A DNA stretch of 58,235 bases from an uncultured bacterium (GTDB lineage: Bacteria > Zixibacteria > MSB-5A5 > CAIYYT01): NCBI GenBank assembly GCA_903903945.1, contig CAIVAP010000101.1:1-58235 (forward strand). The letters are read 5' to 3'. Below, piece by piece: positions 17,452 to 27,603 of the stretch (positions within the stretch are counted from its first letter, which is position 1; every line of letters starts with the position of its first letter). Under the pieces are notes generated by a model. That model did no database searches and was not told the origin of the DNA. It saw only the letters and a list, made by a program, of their open reading frames with translations. The translations under genes and the position numbers were made by a program.

Positions 17452-18084
17452 CTACTTGACGATTTCTGGTCCGTCGGGGAGCTCGTTGATGTCGTCTGCT
17501 TCGCGCGGGAAAAATTGCGCCAGTTGCGTGGCAATTTCCTGAATGGCTTCGATGATGCCTTCGGCGTGGCGCCCTTTCTGCATGGCTTTCTCGATCAGAG
17601 AATGCGGGTGTTGCCAGTAGGCAGGATCGAGTTTCTCGGCAATAGCTTTGTCGGCGATTACGGCTGCTTCGTTTTCGTCCACCGAAATGAAAATCAACAC
17701 GCCGGTGTGACCGCGAGTTGGCTGCAATTTGGCGAAGTGTCTGAGCGCGTTTTTCCAAACAGCCTTGTGACGCGCGGAGAGGCGTTTGAACCAGAGATTG
17801 ACACCGAAGTAGCCGATGAGGAAACCGATGATGCCCCAGAAAGCAGCCTGAGTGAAGTTGTAATAGGTCCCCCAATTGCTTTCGCGCGTAAGATACAGCG
17901 AGACCAGCGAGAAGACGATCCCCAACGCGGCAGAGAAGAGCCAGCGATCAACGAGCCAATGTCTGGAGTGCGGCGTGATCATAATAGCGATTTCGCCGGA
18001 GGTCTTAAGTTCGGCGGCCTTGACCGCCTCGGTGATCTGCTTGAGATCACCTTCCGAAAAACACTTATCAACTAATGTTGCCAT
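17452..18084 (-). CDS. TPM-domain (TLP18.3/Psb32/MOLO-1-like) membrane protein
   Basis: 210 aa. It is third in the common LemA / TPM / TPM arrangement, with TM helices mid-protein. Confidence 0.65.
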   Translation of the reverse strand: MATLVDKCFSEGDLKQITEAVKAAELKTSGEIAIMITPHSRHWLVDRWLFSAALGIVFSLVSLYLTRESNWGTYYNFTQAAFWGIIGFLIGYFGVNLWFKRLSARHKAVWKNALRHFAKLQPTRGHTGVLIFISVDENEAAVIADKAIAEKLDPAYWQHPHSLIEKAMQKGRHAEGIIEAIQEIATQLAQFFPREADDINELPDGPEIVK

Positions 18085-18098
18085 CTGCGTAATCCTCC

Positions 18099-18827
18099 TT
18101 ACCAGCCGCCGCTGGCGCCACCGCCGCCGGAGCAGCCGCCGCCAAAGCTGAAACCGCCTCCGCCCCCTCCACCACTGCCTCCACTAAACAAACCACCGCC
18201 TACCCAACCACCACCAAAGGGTCCCCGGAAACCACCGCGCATTCCGCCGCCGAAGATTCTCAGCAGCATAACCAATGCAGAGATTATGATGACGACTACA
18301 AAAGCGACCGGCTTTTGACCACCGGCGTTCTTGCTTTGGGGCGGATCGTATTCACCGCCAATGGCTTGAATTATACCGTCGATAACGGCGTCGACGCCGC
18401 CATAATAGTCATTGGCGCGAAAAGCGGAAGCCATCGGCGAATTGCGCGCGACAATGCGGCCACTTTCCAAATCCGTAAGTTCGCCCTCAAGTCCGTAGCC
18501 GACTTCAAGACGTGCCTTGCGGTCGGTGACCGACATCACGAACAGCACGCCGTTGTCTTTGCCCTTCTTGCCGATTCCCCATTTCACGTAAGCATCGTGT
18601 GCGTAGTTGTCGATGGCATCGCCATCGAGACTATTGACGATCAAGACACCAATCTCATTCGTGCTCTGTATGCGATAGTCGAGGATCTTCTGCTCAAGTT
18701 GCTGGCGCTGCTGATCGTTCAGCACGCCTCCGAGATCGGTGACGGGGGAGCGATACGGCGGCACATCAAGAGCGTACGCCGTAACGGCCGCAATCAGAAA
18801 AAGCGATATGAGGGCGAGTCGTCTCAC
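18099..18827 (-). CDS. TPM-domain protein (YgcG-like) with a Gly-rich C-terminal tail
   Basis: Signal peptide, VTDLGGVLNDQQRQQLEQKI..., a TM helix, then a GGGGGGF-type tail. Confidence 0.8.
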   Translation of the reverse strand: MRRLALISLFLIAAVTAYALDVPPYRSPVTDLGGVLNDQQRQQLEQKILDYRIQSTNEIGVLIVNSLDGDAIDNYAHDAYVKWGIGKKGKDNGVLFVMSVTDRKARLEVGYGLEGELTDLESGRIVARNSPMASAFRANDYYGGVDAVIDGIIQAIGGEYDPPQSKNAGGQKPVAFVVVIIISALVMLLRIFGGGMRGGFRGPFGGGWVGGGLFSGGSGGGGGGGFSFGGGCSGGGGASGGW

Positions 18828-18839
18828 GTTAGCGGGTAC

Positions 18840-19457
18840 CTACTTCTTCTCGAGCAATTGCTTGACACTTGGCGCCTGCTGCGCTTCCGTCGCGGCGGCG
18901 AAGAACTGCTTCTCGTACGGGAAACCAAAGATAGACCCGGCAATCAAAGCGCTGATGCCCTTTTGGCGGTAGGTGTTGTAACTGCGCACCGCCTCGTTGA
19001 ATGTGCGCCGCTCCTGCGCAATGCGGTTTTCCGTGCCTTCAAGTTGCGTCAGCAGATCAGAATACATCTGCTCACCTTTGATCTCGGGATAGCGCTCGAC
19101 AACAACGTTGATGAAGGAATTCAGTTGTTTCGAGAGCATCCCCGACAGCGAATCCAGCATCGCCGGATTCTGCTGTGAAAGCGCTGACTGGGCGGATGAT
19201 TTGAGATCGAGCACGCGTTGCCGCATGGCGATAACATCTGTCAGAGTCTTCTGCTGGCGTTCCATAAAGTTGTCGACGCTGGCGACAAGATTCGGCACCA
19301 GATCGAAGCGCCGCTGGTATACATTCTGCACCTGCGACCATTTTTCGTCAACCGCCTGCGAGCGCTCAATCAACCCACCACGGCCTGACCAGATGACACC
19401 GGCGATGATCAACACCACCAGCAGCAATGCACCTACAACTATACCGACGATTTTCAC
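18840..19457 (-). CDS. lemA: LemA family protein
   Basis: N-terminal TM helix, then WSQVQNVYQRRFDLVPNLV...RYPEIKG...QLEGTENRIAQERRTFNEAV, typical of LemA. Confidence 0.9.
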   Translation of the reverse strand: MKIVGIVVGALLLVVLIIAGVIWSGRGGLIERSQAVDEKWSQVQNVYQRRFDLVPNLVASVDNFMERQQKTLTDVIAMRQRVLDLKSSAQSALSQQNPAMLDSLSGMLSKQLNSFINVVVERYPEIKGEQMYSDLLTQLEGTENRIAQERRTFNEAVRSYNTYRQKGISALIAGSIFGFPYEKQFFAAATEAQQAPSVKQLLEKK

Positions 19458-19653
19458 TCTCTTCTCCTTTGCACTGTCACATTCATAGACTGCAACATCT
19501 CAAGACTACGGCACTCAAAGCCAATATCAAAACCTTTTTCCGAGCGGGACAATCATTTTTACCGCTGTCCCACTTCGCACAGATTACGGACGGGCGGCTG
19601 GGAATGTTTCATTGGTTGCGGGCTGGGGAAGAACCTCCACGCGAGGCACGACG

Positions 19654-20556
19654 TTAGCGAATGCAATGGTAAGTTACATCCTGTGCGGCGAGAAATGTCT
19701 CTGCACTATCTCCATGCAGCATAGCCAATGTTGCCAAAAAACCAGTTTCGGTACAGTTCTTAGCAATCACAGTCACGCTGCGCGGAGCCCCGGTTACAGG
19801 CCATCCTGTAAGAGGATTAAGGATATGCCCCAGTCGAATTCCCCGGAAATAGCAGAAGCGGCGTGAATCGCCGCTGGTAGCAACAGCGCCTTCGGTCAAT
19901 TCTATCACTCCAACAGCACCGGCATCTTTCGACGGATCTTCGATGCCTATACTCCAGGTGCGGTGCTCCTTGCTTTCACCAATGACTCGAATATCTCCCC
20001 CAAAATTGACCATTAACGAAAGACCCGAAGTCTTGGACAGCAAACCTGCCACCCTATCGACGGCATATTCCTTGCCAATTCCCCCCAAATCCAACTCCAT
20101 CCCCGGCCACAATTTGATATCCGAATCGCGCAGTTCAACTTTGGTCCAACCAACCACTTCGAGGAAGGACTTGATAAGATCACCGTCCGGTTCGGCTATT
20201 CGCCCATCAAAGGTCCATGCTTTTCTGAGAATCCCTGAAGTGATATCGAAAAGCCCATCGCTGAGATTATGGCATTGACCGGCATAGCGCAGCAGCCGTG
20301 CAGTCTCTTCATCCAACCGAACTGTCTCCCCGTTGCTACAGTTGATTGAGTGGATGATGTTATCATCGCGATAACGACTGAATTTCTGCTCGATTCTCTT
20401 GGTCTCTTGAAAAGCGAGCGAAGCCAATTCTTCAGCTTCGCTCCTCGTTTTGCAGCTGACAAGCACTTCGCATGGACTAGCCATCGCTGCATATGCAATA
20501 GCCCAATAATGATCCGCTTCACGCAAACTGAATTCGCAGTGTCGACTAGAAGCCAC
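19654..20556 (-). CDS. apbE: FAD:protein FMN transferase (ApbE family)
   Basis: MASPCEV, FSRYRDDNIIHSIN, GGIGKEYAVDR and VATSGDSRRF motifs. Confidence 0.85.
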   Translation of the reverse strand: MASSRHCEFSLREADHYWAIAYAAMASPCEVLVSCKTRSEAEELASLAFQETKRIEQKFSRYRDDNIIHSINCSNGETVRLDEETARLLRYAGQCHNLSDGLFDITSGILRKAWTFDGRIAEPDGDLIKSFLEVVGWTKVELRDSDIKLWPGMELDLGGIGKEYAVDRVAGLLSKTSGLSLMVNFGGDIRVIGESKEHRTWSIGIEDPSKDAGAVGVIELTEGAVATSGDSRRFCYFRGIRLGHILNPLTGWPVTGAPRSVTVIAKNCTETGFLATLAMLHGDSAETFLAAQDVTYHCIR

Positions 20557-21847
20557 TCTCGAATCCCAGCCTGAACATTAGTACTTTCATTCTCGGGAAC
20601 AGATCGTATTGGCGCAGTATGCCGATAGCTTCCGGGGGACTGCGATCACCAACCTGTGTATAGTATTCGGCCGCTATGTTAAGGCGCGAACCACCGGTGA
20701 TCGGCAGAGAGTATTGCAGACCAGCTGTCACCGCACTAAAGCGAGCCAACCGGACGTCCGCAGAAGCATACTGAGGGAACGCTACACCATTCACCAGAAA
20801 AGGGCGGTAGAAATTCGCCTGACTCTGATGATACCAGCGCAAGTGAGGTTGCAGCGCCTTGTCGCCCTTCAGCTGCCACCGATAGAAGAAGTCAACGGTA
20901 TGCGAGGTGATTCCCCAATTGTCCCAAAAATATCGATAAGACAAGTCTATTGTATTGCCGGCCAAATCCCGGCGCACCTGGCCGTATAATGCCTGTCTGC
21001 CGGCAGTGCGCGGCCGACTTTCATAGATGTAATTCACCGGGTCGCCGGCATCTGGCGAATTCTGATCGTTAACAACGCTAAGGATCTTATACGGGTCATT
21101 TAGGTAGCCCGATGTCCGATTATATGAGTAGTTCAAGCGCATGATCGTCTTGCGATCGAGAATCTGGCTAACCCCAAGAACGACGTCGAACACTTCCTTG
21201 GGGCGCGTAGAGTGAACACCACCGGATTCGTGTTCATCGTCGGAAGGGGGCTGGTCCGGGGGAACGGGAAGAAACGCAAATGGTATTGGTGCTGAACCGC
21301 GCGGAGCCACGATATCGTGGGAATATGATCCCGACAATCCGACGGTAGTATTTTTCCTATTGAAATCCCTGGTGATGCCGCTATTTACACCAAACGAGTA
21401 ATAATCTTGTTCGGCGGAGAAGTGTCCTCCAAAGACCGACGAAGTAACCCGATTCCAAGGTTGGGACAGATTGGCGTCTACAGCAAATCGCATGTCACGA
21501 AACGACCCATCGAGCGGAATTACACCCGGTTGAACGACATTTTGTGTTCTTCCGGATGCTCCGGTAAACGTCTGCGCCTTACTCGAAGGAACTGCTCCAT
21601 TTGGCGTCGCGCCGGTAAGGCCATCAAGGGTAAGTTTAACCCCAATGTTGCGATCCCCTTTCAATTGCTTGCTTATGTTGACTATCCCCTCGCCCGCTCG
21701 AACGCGACCGGATTCCGAGTAGTATAGAAGAGATGATTCCAGTTTGCCCTGACCCGCCACCGAAACCGCGTTAGCGCCCAGCAGCGCTGCAGTGATTGTG
21801 GCAAGAGCACCCCTGATTGATTTGCTACTATTCAGTTGCATCCGCAC
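20546..21847 (-). CDS. DUF3570-like predicted outer-membrane beta-barrel protein
   Basis: 433 aa with a signal peptide and a C-terminal aromatic residue. Its position between the DUF4266 and ApbE genes matches a recurrent cluster. Confidence 0.65.
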   Translation of the reverse strand: MRMQLNSSKSIRGALATITAALLGANAVSVAGQGKLESSLLYYSESGRVRAGEGIVNISKQLKGDRNIGVKLTLDGLTGATPNGAVPSSKAQTFTGASGRTQNVVQPGVIPLDGSFRDMRFAVDANLSQPWNRVTSSVFGGHFSAEQDYYSFGVNSGITRDFNRKNTTVGLSGSYSHDIVAPRGSAPIPFAFLPVPPDQPPSDDEHESGGVHSTRPKEVFDVVLGVSQILDRKTIMRLNYSYNRTSGYLNDPYKILSVVNDQNSPDAGDPVNYIYESRPRTAGRQALYGQVRRDLAGNTIDLSYRYFWDNWGITSHTVDFFYRWQLKGDKALQPHLRWYHQSQANFYRPFLVNGVAFPQYASADVRLARFSAVTAGLQYSLPITGGSRLNIAAEYYTQVGDRSPPEAIGILRQYDLFPRMKVLMFRLGFESGF

Positions 21848-22065
21848 CCACCACCACCAAAACCGCGTCCGCCGCTCGATGCTTCCTTGCTGAAATAGAT
21901 GTGATCGTCCAATGCGTGGTCATTGGCATTGGCATCAAGCTGCATGGCTGGTTTGGCAAGAATGTCGCGCTCCCAAACATTGACTCCCATCGAAGCACAG
22001 CCTCCCAATGAGAAGGCAGTGATTGTGGTGATAATGAAAGCGATGAAGAGTTTACGAATTCTCAT
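21832..22065 (-). CDS. DUF4266-like small lipoprotein
   Basis: 77 aa with lipobox LGGC and C-terminal GGGGCGCN. Confidence 0.65.
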   Translation of the reverse strand: MRIRKLFIAFIITTITAFSLGGCASMGVNVWERDILAKPAMQLDANANDHALDDHIYFSKEASSGGRGFGGGGCGCN

Positions 22066-22598
22066 TTTGACACATTCTCCGCCAACAGTTTTCTTATTAG
22101 AGTATTCAGATCCGCGGTGTCCTTTGGCAGAAACCCTTCGTGGGTAGTCCGCAGATTCCCATCGCGACCATATAAAAAGGACATTGGCATGGCCTGAAGG
22201 TGATACGCTTTGGCTATCGAACCGGCGGAATCAAATATCACGGCAAATGGCGCCTTCGTTTCCGCCAGAAATGCCTGCGCGGCTTTATGATTCTTATCCA
22301 AATTTACGGCAACTACTTGCAATCCCTGTGAGCGATAGTTCTCCTGAAGTTCCTTCATCCACGGAAACGATTGTCTACACGGCGTGCACCAGGATGCCCA
22401 GAAGTCAACATAAACGACTTTGTTATTCAATTGGATGGAGTCCGTCAAGGCGGAAGCTATCAACTTGGTCGATTTGGGAACATCCTTGGTAGCGGCGAAA
22501 GAAAACGCAGAGATAAACAAGAGAGAGATGCACAACAGAGATGTTAAAAGTCTTTTCGACATGGAATTTATTGCCTCACTTGCTAAGAACCGCAACAA
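22062..22598 (-). CDS. TlpA-family thiol:disulfide oxidoreductase
   Basis: WASWCTPCRQSFPWM thioredoxin-like motif. The start is more likely Met13 (22562), just before the signal peptide. Confidence 0.85.
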   Translation of the reverse strand: MLRFLASEAINSMSKRLLTSLLCISLLFISAFSFAATKDVPKSTKLIASALTDSIQLNNKVVYVDFWASWCTPCRQSFPWMKELQENYRSQGLQVVAVNLDKNHKAAQAFLAETKAPFAVIFDSAGSIAKAYHLQAMPMSFLYGRDGNLRTTHEGFLPKDTADLNTLIRKLLAENVSK

Positions 22599-22767
22599 CG
22601 GAAATGACTCTTTGGGTCAGGGATTTGCGCCTATGCAAACTCGTATTGTCCATGTATACAATTGGTGAATTTCCGTGGTTGCATTTTTCTTCGAATCCTT
22701 TCACCCCGATTGGTTCAGACGGCGTGAAGGTCAACAGATCTTGTGAATATGTCTCTGGGGCTGGACA

Positions 22768-23634
22768 CTATGCTGTTTGTCGCTTTTGCACTGTCACCGT
22801 CAGCACACCGACAAGTATCATCGTGCCTCCGAGAAAGAAGTACTTGTCGAACGATTCTGAGAGGATCAGATACGCCAGAAACGATGCCACCAGCGGTTCC
22901 AGCAAGGTCATCATCGAGGCAGCGACAGCGGAGAGACGCTTGAGTAGGTAGAACCAGATGATAAAGGCAATGCCTCCGCCAAAGATCGCAAGATAGATCA
23001 CCGAGCCGGCGCCCTTCGCATCTATCCAGAATCGCACCGGCGTTTCAAAGATCGCCAGACAGGGCAGAAGCACGATCAGGCCGGCCGGCAGCATCAGGAT
23101 CGCCAGCGCGCTGGGGTCGATGAGATGCAGGTCACGTTTGGTCTTGACGGTCGCCCACGCACAAGAGCAGGAACTGAGCACCATCGCCAGCATACCTGAG
23201 ATCGTGCCAGAAAGACTTAGTTTGCCGGCAAAAAGCAAAATTGCACCAACGAAGCCGATCAGCAAACCAAAGATCACCCGAAGTGTTAGTCGCTCTGCGG
23301 GGACCATAAAATGGGCGAAAATTCCTGTGAAAAGCGGCATGGTGGCATAAAGGATGGCTGACATGGAGGAGTCGATGCGCTCTTGTCCCCAGTAGAGCAA
23401 AGCAAAGCTGACGCCATAGAGCATCAGTCCCGTCAGTAGAAAATCACGTCGGATATTTTTTATTGGTGGAAAGCGAAAACGCCAGAGTCGGAAGGCCACG
23501 AAGAACACTACAAAAGTCAGGATACTTCTGGCAACAGCAGCCGCAAACGGTGGCATTGCCTGCAAACCGATCTTCATCGCGACCCAGGTCGATCCGAAGA
23601 TGAGAACGCCAAGTATGTAAATCAGCCATCGCAT
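22768..23634 (-). CDS. EamA/DMT-family transporter
   Basis: 288 aa with ~10 hydrophobic helices and a duplicated EamA-like layout. Confidence 0.8.
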   Translation of the reverse strand: MRWLIYILGVLIFGSTWVAMKIGLQAMPPFAAAVARSILTFVVFFVAFRLWRFRFPPIKNIRRDFLLTGLMLYGVSFALLYWGQERIDSSMSAILYATMPLFTGIFAHFMVPAERLTLRVIFGLLIGFVGAILLFAGKLSLSGTISGMLAMVLSSCSCAWATVKTKRDLHLIDPSALAILMLPAGLIVLLPCLAIFETPVRFWIDAKGAGSVIYLAIFGGGIAFIIWFYLLKRLSAVAASMMTLLEPLVASFLAYLILSESFDKYFFLGGTMILVGVLTVTVQKRQTA

Positions 23635-23760
23635 GTCTTAATGCCTACAACCTCGCAATGGCGTGACTGTCACAATCGAACCGAACAGTTGAAAAGCCTC
23701 GGAGAGGAGTCGGAGCGAAAGAGAGGGGAGGAGGAATGACGACGAAGCAATCTGTGCGCT

Positions 23761-23846
23761 TGCATCTGGAGAACGTAATCGAGATTGCTTCGTCGTATCC
23801 AACACCCGGCGTCACCTTTCCGCACTCCTCGTAATGACGCGGTCTG
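23761..23846 (-). repeat. ~86-bp dispersed repeat (tcattgcgaggag...acgacgaagcaatctcgatt family), copy 1
   Basis: The reverse complement aligns with 37182-37268. It overlaps a 14-bp perfect inverted repeat, CGACGAAGCAATCT at 23740-23753 and AGATTGCTTCGTCG at 23782-23795. Confidence 0.75.
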
Positions 23847-23985
23847 AGCTTTCTTGACAGCCCCGGATAACTGCGGTTGCGAAAACATGCCCCGTTGAAG
23901 CAACAACTTGGCGATGCGCATTCGATTTCGCAACTGTCCAGCATGGAATTGGCAACGCCCACCCAATCGGTCTAAGAGATATCAA

Positions 23986-26529
23986 TTAGAATCTGCCGGC
24001 AGCAACCGTTCGAGCGGTAGGATCACCGGGATTGGTGCGCAGGAATTCGCGCGAGACGCGCATCGCATCTTCGCGTCGACCATTGAGGACATAGATGTTG
24101 ATTAGTGTCCGGTAAGTCACCCCAATCGCCGGATTGATTTTGTAGGCTTTCTCGGCTTCTGCAACCGCTTCGGAACCCTTGCCGTTGTACTGCAGGGCCA
24201 GCGTCTTGTACTGGTGGTAGTAGTAGTTGTCGGGATTGGTCGCCATCAGACTGTCGAGATAAACAAAATAGTCGGCGTACATCGAGTCCGTCTGCGTCTG
24301 CGTAAGCTTCAAGTAGCGCGCTTTCCTGTCGTATGCTTGCCAGAATTCAGGAGTTCGCTTAATCACCAAGTCCGTCACTTGTTGACCCCTGACAGTGTCG
24401 CCGCGACTGTCGAGAAAATCGCAGAACTCCATCATCATTTGCGCTGAACCGATGAGCAGTGTAGTCGCCACTTCATCGCGGTAGGCGCGCGGGTTATTCA
24501 ACTCCCGAGCCTGAAATGTAGTCGTGAGCAGATTCATGGTTGCTTCGACATCCCAAGTGCCCTTACTGGGTTCCGGCACGATCTCGTCCACCCAACCGCG
24601 ATGACGGACATGGTCAGCCAGCGGGAATCTGACTGTGGACGGATAGCCGTTGGCAAAAACAATCGGATATTTCCAGCGATTGGTGGTAATAATGTTCTCC
24701 ACCATCAGATCGGCCGCACTGATTACCTGTCCGGTGGAATCATCCTGAAATGCCATCAAGTAGTGCTCCCAACCGCCGCGGAGATGATCGATGTAGGGTT
24801 TCTTGGGACGCGAGATAAAATTGCCATCTCCGCGCGGCGAAGGCACTTCTTCCCACAGCATCTGATCATCATCGAGCGAAATCGGCACTCCCATCTCATG
24901 CTTCAACTGCATCTCGTACCAGTCGGTCTGGATCAAAGATAGGTTAGCAATCTTGACATCTTTACGAATACCGTATGCCTCCTGTAGACACCAGAGCGGG
25001 AAGGTGTCATTGTCTCCGTTGGTGAACAGAATCGCGTCTTGCGGACACGACATCAGGAAATTGTAGGCATAATCATAGGCGAGGTAGTTATCGGAGCGGT
25101 CATTGCATTGGAAGTTCGCGATCACGGCTGAGAGGGGCATTAGCAGCCCCAAGATACAGACAGCATAGGTCACCAGCTTGGCGCGCTGCTGCCCAACCAA
25201 TTTGGTCAGGAAATTCAGCACTACAAACAGACCCATGCCGATATAGAGCCCGATGAGAATGAACCCGGGTGTAAAGAAGTAATCACGGTCGCGCACTTCA
25301 AGCTTGTCATTACCAGTCATAGCATCCATCAGCGAACCATCGGCGAAATTCATGTATATCACCAGACCGATCGTACAAATGAACAGGAGTAGTGCAATGA
25401 AAACTCCGACTTTCCATTTCCATTTGATCAGACTAATGATGCCAATCAACGTCAGTACCAACGGTATCACGAAGAAGACACCGGACATGCCGAATTGAGC
25501 GACCAGAAATCCGCCAAAGCCCATGCGTGGGAAATCCCCCAACTGGTGAGACCAACTGGCTCGGCGATGGAACATTTTGGAGAACATGGATTCATTGCCA
25601 TATTGTTTGCGCTCGAGATACCGGACAAAGCGCGCGTAAGTCTGCGGATCGTTTTGATTGATACTCGGACGCTCGTCCGCGCGAATGGGGATATAGGCAT
25701 GCACGGAGAAGCCGGCTACCGCGGCTATTGTCAGACCGAGCGGCAGCAGCCATGCGCGGGAGCGTTTGGCCAGATAGAAACCAAGCGAAATGATCAACCA
25801 GGCCGCCAGCAGCGTGAAATACTGGGAGACATCAACCATCACCCAGAAAAGGACGATACCAGAAATCCAGACGCGTAGGTCCTTGAGCAATGAGCGATCG
25901 GCCAAGACTAGAAAAACGAAGATAGCCGGCATGACCAAGAAAACGGTCGGATGCAAGGCGACTGACAGTGTACCCAGGTAGGCGATCAGAATCAAATACT
26001 TATTGGCGCCCGAAGTTTCACGCTGGTCATACCAGCGGAGTGCAAGCCAGACGAGCAGGAAGATCAGCAGCATCGACAGCGCATAAACTTCGGCCTCAAC
26101 GGAGTTCGACCACTGGGTGCGACCAAACGCAAACAGCAGACCGCTGATGAGGGAGCAGAAATAGACGCCGACTCTCTTCAGGGCATCTTCAGCGACACCC
26201 GGGAGAAAGAACAGCAGACGCACCGCAACCACATATCCCGCTGTTGCAGCCGCGGCGCTGGAAAACGCGGAAAGGAGATTGATGCGGTAACTGACATCAC
26301 TGACAAACGGAAGCAAGGTAGCCAGACGTCCGATGAGCAGGAACAGCGGCGTTCCCGGCGGGTGGGCAATACCCAGCGTTGCCGAGCAGGCGATAAATTC
26401 CCCGCAGTCCCACAGTGGCACGGTGTGTTGCACCGTAAGCAGATAGATGACCAGTGAGGTCAGAAAAACGGCGGCGCCGAATAGCCTGTTAATGAGATCA
26501 GTTGTTGCTTTCTGAATCAAGTCGTTCAA
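23986..26529 (-). CDS. DUF2723-family polytopic membrane protein (glycosyltransferase-like) with C-terminal TPR repeats
   Basis: 847 aa. N-terminal TVPLWDCGEFIA...GIAHPPGTPLF motif, many TM helices and a TPR-like C-terminus. Confidence 0.75.
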   Translation of the reverse strand: MNDLIQKATTDLINRLFGAAVFLTSLVIYLLTVQHTVPLWDCGEFIACSATLGIAHPPGTPLFLLIGRLATLLPFVSDVSYRINLLSAFSSAAAATAGYVVAVRLLFFLPGVAEDALKRVGVYFCSLISGLLFAFGRTQWSNSVEAEVYALSMLLIFLLVWLALRWYDQRETSGANKYLILIAYLGTLSVALHPTVFLVMPAIFVFLVLADRSLLKDLRVWISGIVLFWVMVDVSQYFTLLAAWLIISLGFYLAKRSRAWLLPLGLTIAAVAGFSVHAYIPIRADERPSINQNDPQTYARFVRYLERKQYGNESMFSKMFHRRASWSHQLGDFPRMGFGGFLVAQFGMSGVFFVIPLVLTLIGIISLIKWKWKVGVFIALLLFICTIGLVIYMNFADGSLMDAMTGNDKLEVRDRDYFFTPGFILIGLYIGMGLFVVLNFLTKLVGQQRAKLVTYAVCILGLLMPLSAVIANFQCNDRSDNYLAYDYAYNFLMSCPQDAILFTNGDNDTFPLWCLQEAYGIRKDVKIANLSLIQTDWYEMQLKHEMGVPISLDDDQMLWEEVPSPRGDGNFISRPKKPYIDHLRGGWEHYLMAFQDDSTGQVISAADLMVENIITTNRWKYPIVFANGYPSTVRFPLADHVRHRGWVDEIVPEPSKGTWDVEATMNLLTTTFQARELNNPRAYRDEVATTLLIGSAQMMMEFCDFLDSRGDTVRGQQVTDLVIKRTPEFWQAYDRKARYLKLTQTQTDSMYADYFVYLDSLMATNPDNYYYHQYKTLALQYNGKGSEAVAEAEKAYKINPAIGVTYRTLINIYVLNGRREDAMRVSREFLRTNPGDPTARTVAAGRF

Positions 26530-26614
26530 AATCGTCCTCAGTTACTGCCCCAACCCGGTCGATAACTATAACAAATAATTCTCGCGGAACAACTATTTTC
26601 AGTGTGAGGTTTCG

Positions 26615-26860
26615 ATGCTGACATGGTGCGCCATACTTTTCGTGCTTGGCATTGCCGCATTCCTTGACTCGTTGTACAATTACGGGGATATTTTCCGGCA
26701 AGTCAATTCCGTACTTTTTATGCTTGTATCACTCGGTCTGCTGGTGCGGACAGCTACTAAGATGCGCATGCGTATCACCGAAGGATACATTGCCCGGATT
26801 GAGAAACTGGAGAAGGAACTGAAGGAGTTCACGCGCGGGGTAGTCAAGACGGGAGTTTAA
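26615..26860 (+). CDS. Hypothetical small membrane protein
   Basis: 81 aa with two hydrophobic helices and a charged helical tail. No family recognised. Confidence 0.4.
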   Translation: MLTWCAILFVLGIAAFLDSLYNYGDIFRQVNSVLFMLVSLGLLVRTATKMRMRITEGYIARIEKLEKELKEFTRGVVKTGV

Positions 26861-26985
26861 GCGGGGCCGCGCATCTGCAAGCCGTTCCATCGGCAGGTTA
26901 TACGGGCAGGAAAATAACATTCCGCATCCTCTGCGGGGCAGCCTAATTATTGTTAGGTGAAAAACAGCGAAAGGGAGAGCAACAG

Positions 26986-27585
26986 ATGAAGCAGAATAAA
27001 TGCTTATTGTATTCAGCAATTGTGATTGCTCTTATGAATGGATTTACACTCAAGGCTGCAAATGGTCAGAGTGACTTTAGGAAATCAAGTTGGGGAATGG
27101 ATTCGTCACAAATAGCAACAGCAGAGGGAAAGAAACCTGAATATCAGGACAAGAAAGGTTCAATTCAATATCTTGGATATTCAGATCAGATAGCTGGGCT
27201 TGACTGCAATGTCATCTACATTCTTGCTTTCGATCAATTTGTACGCTCTCAATACAGCATTTCTGAAGAACATACAAATAACACTGAGTACTTATCGGAT
27301 TATGACAAATTGAAAGAGGCTCTCGCAAGCAAGTACGGCAAACCCAACAGCGATGACATCTACTGGAAGAATGATTTGTACAGAAGCGATCCTTCAGAAT
27401 GGGGAATGGCCGTCGCTATTGGTCACATGGTGAAGTATACGAGATGGGAATTACCACGCACGTCAATTATCATATTTCTCACCGGTGATAACTTCAAAAT
27501 AAATCTTGGAATAGAGTATTCGAGCAAGGAATTGGATGCACTCGAGGAAAAGGTGAAGAAAGAACAAGAAGCATCAAAATTCTAG
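26986..27585 (+). CDS. Hypothetical secreted protein
   Basis: ATG at 26986 is preceded by AAGGGAGAG. Signal peptide MKQNKCLLYSAIVIALMNGFTLKA. The coding sequence is AT-rich. Confidence 0.5.
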   Translation: MKQNKCLLYSAIVIALMNGFTLKAANGQSDFRKSSWGMDSSQIATAEGKKPEYQDKKGSIQYLGYSDQIAGLDCNVIYILAFDQFVRSQYSISEEHTNNTEYLSDYDKLKEALASKYGKPNSDDIYWKNDLYRSDPSEWGMAVAIGHMVKYTRWELPRTSIIIFLTGDNFKINLGIEYSSKELDALEEKVKKEQEASKF

Positions 27586-27603
27586 CACCTTCAAGGAGAA
27601 AAT

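Noticed and set aside
17320-19178. Long plus-strand ORFs 17320-18075 (251 aa) and 18315-19178 (287 aa)
   Set aside because: They are antisense shadows of the TPM/TPM/LemA genes, which have clear family motifs. The shadow translations are Arg/Gly/Asp-rich with no recognisable motifs.
23645-23966. 105-aa and 98-aa minus-strand ORFs in the eamA/DUF2723 intergenic gap
   Set aside because: They overlap each other in different frames, span the dispersed repeat and a 14-bp inverted repeat, and have no RBS or motifs. The region is treated as noncoding.
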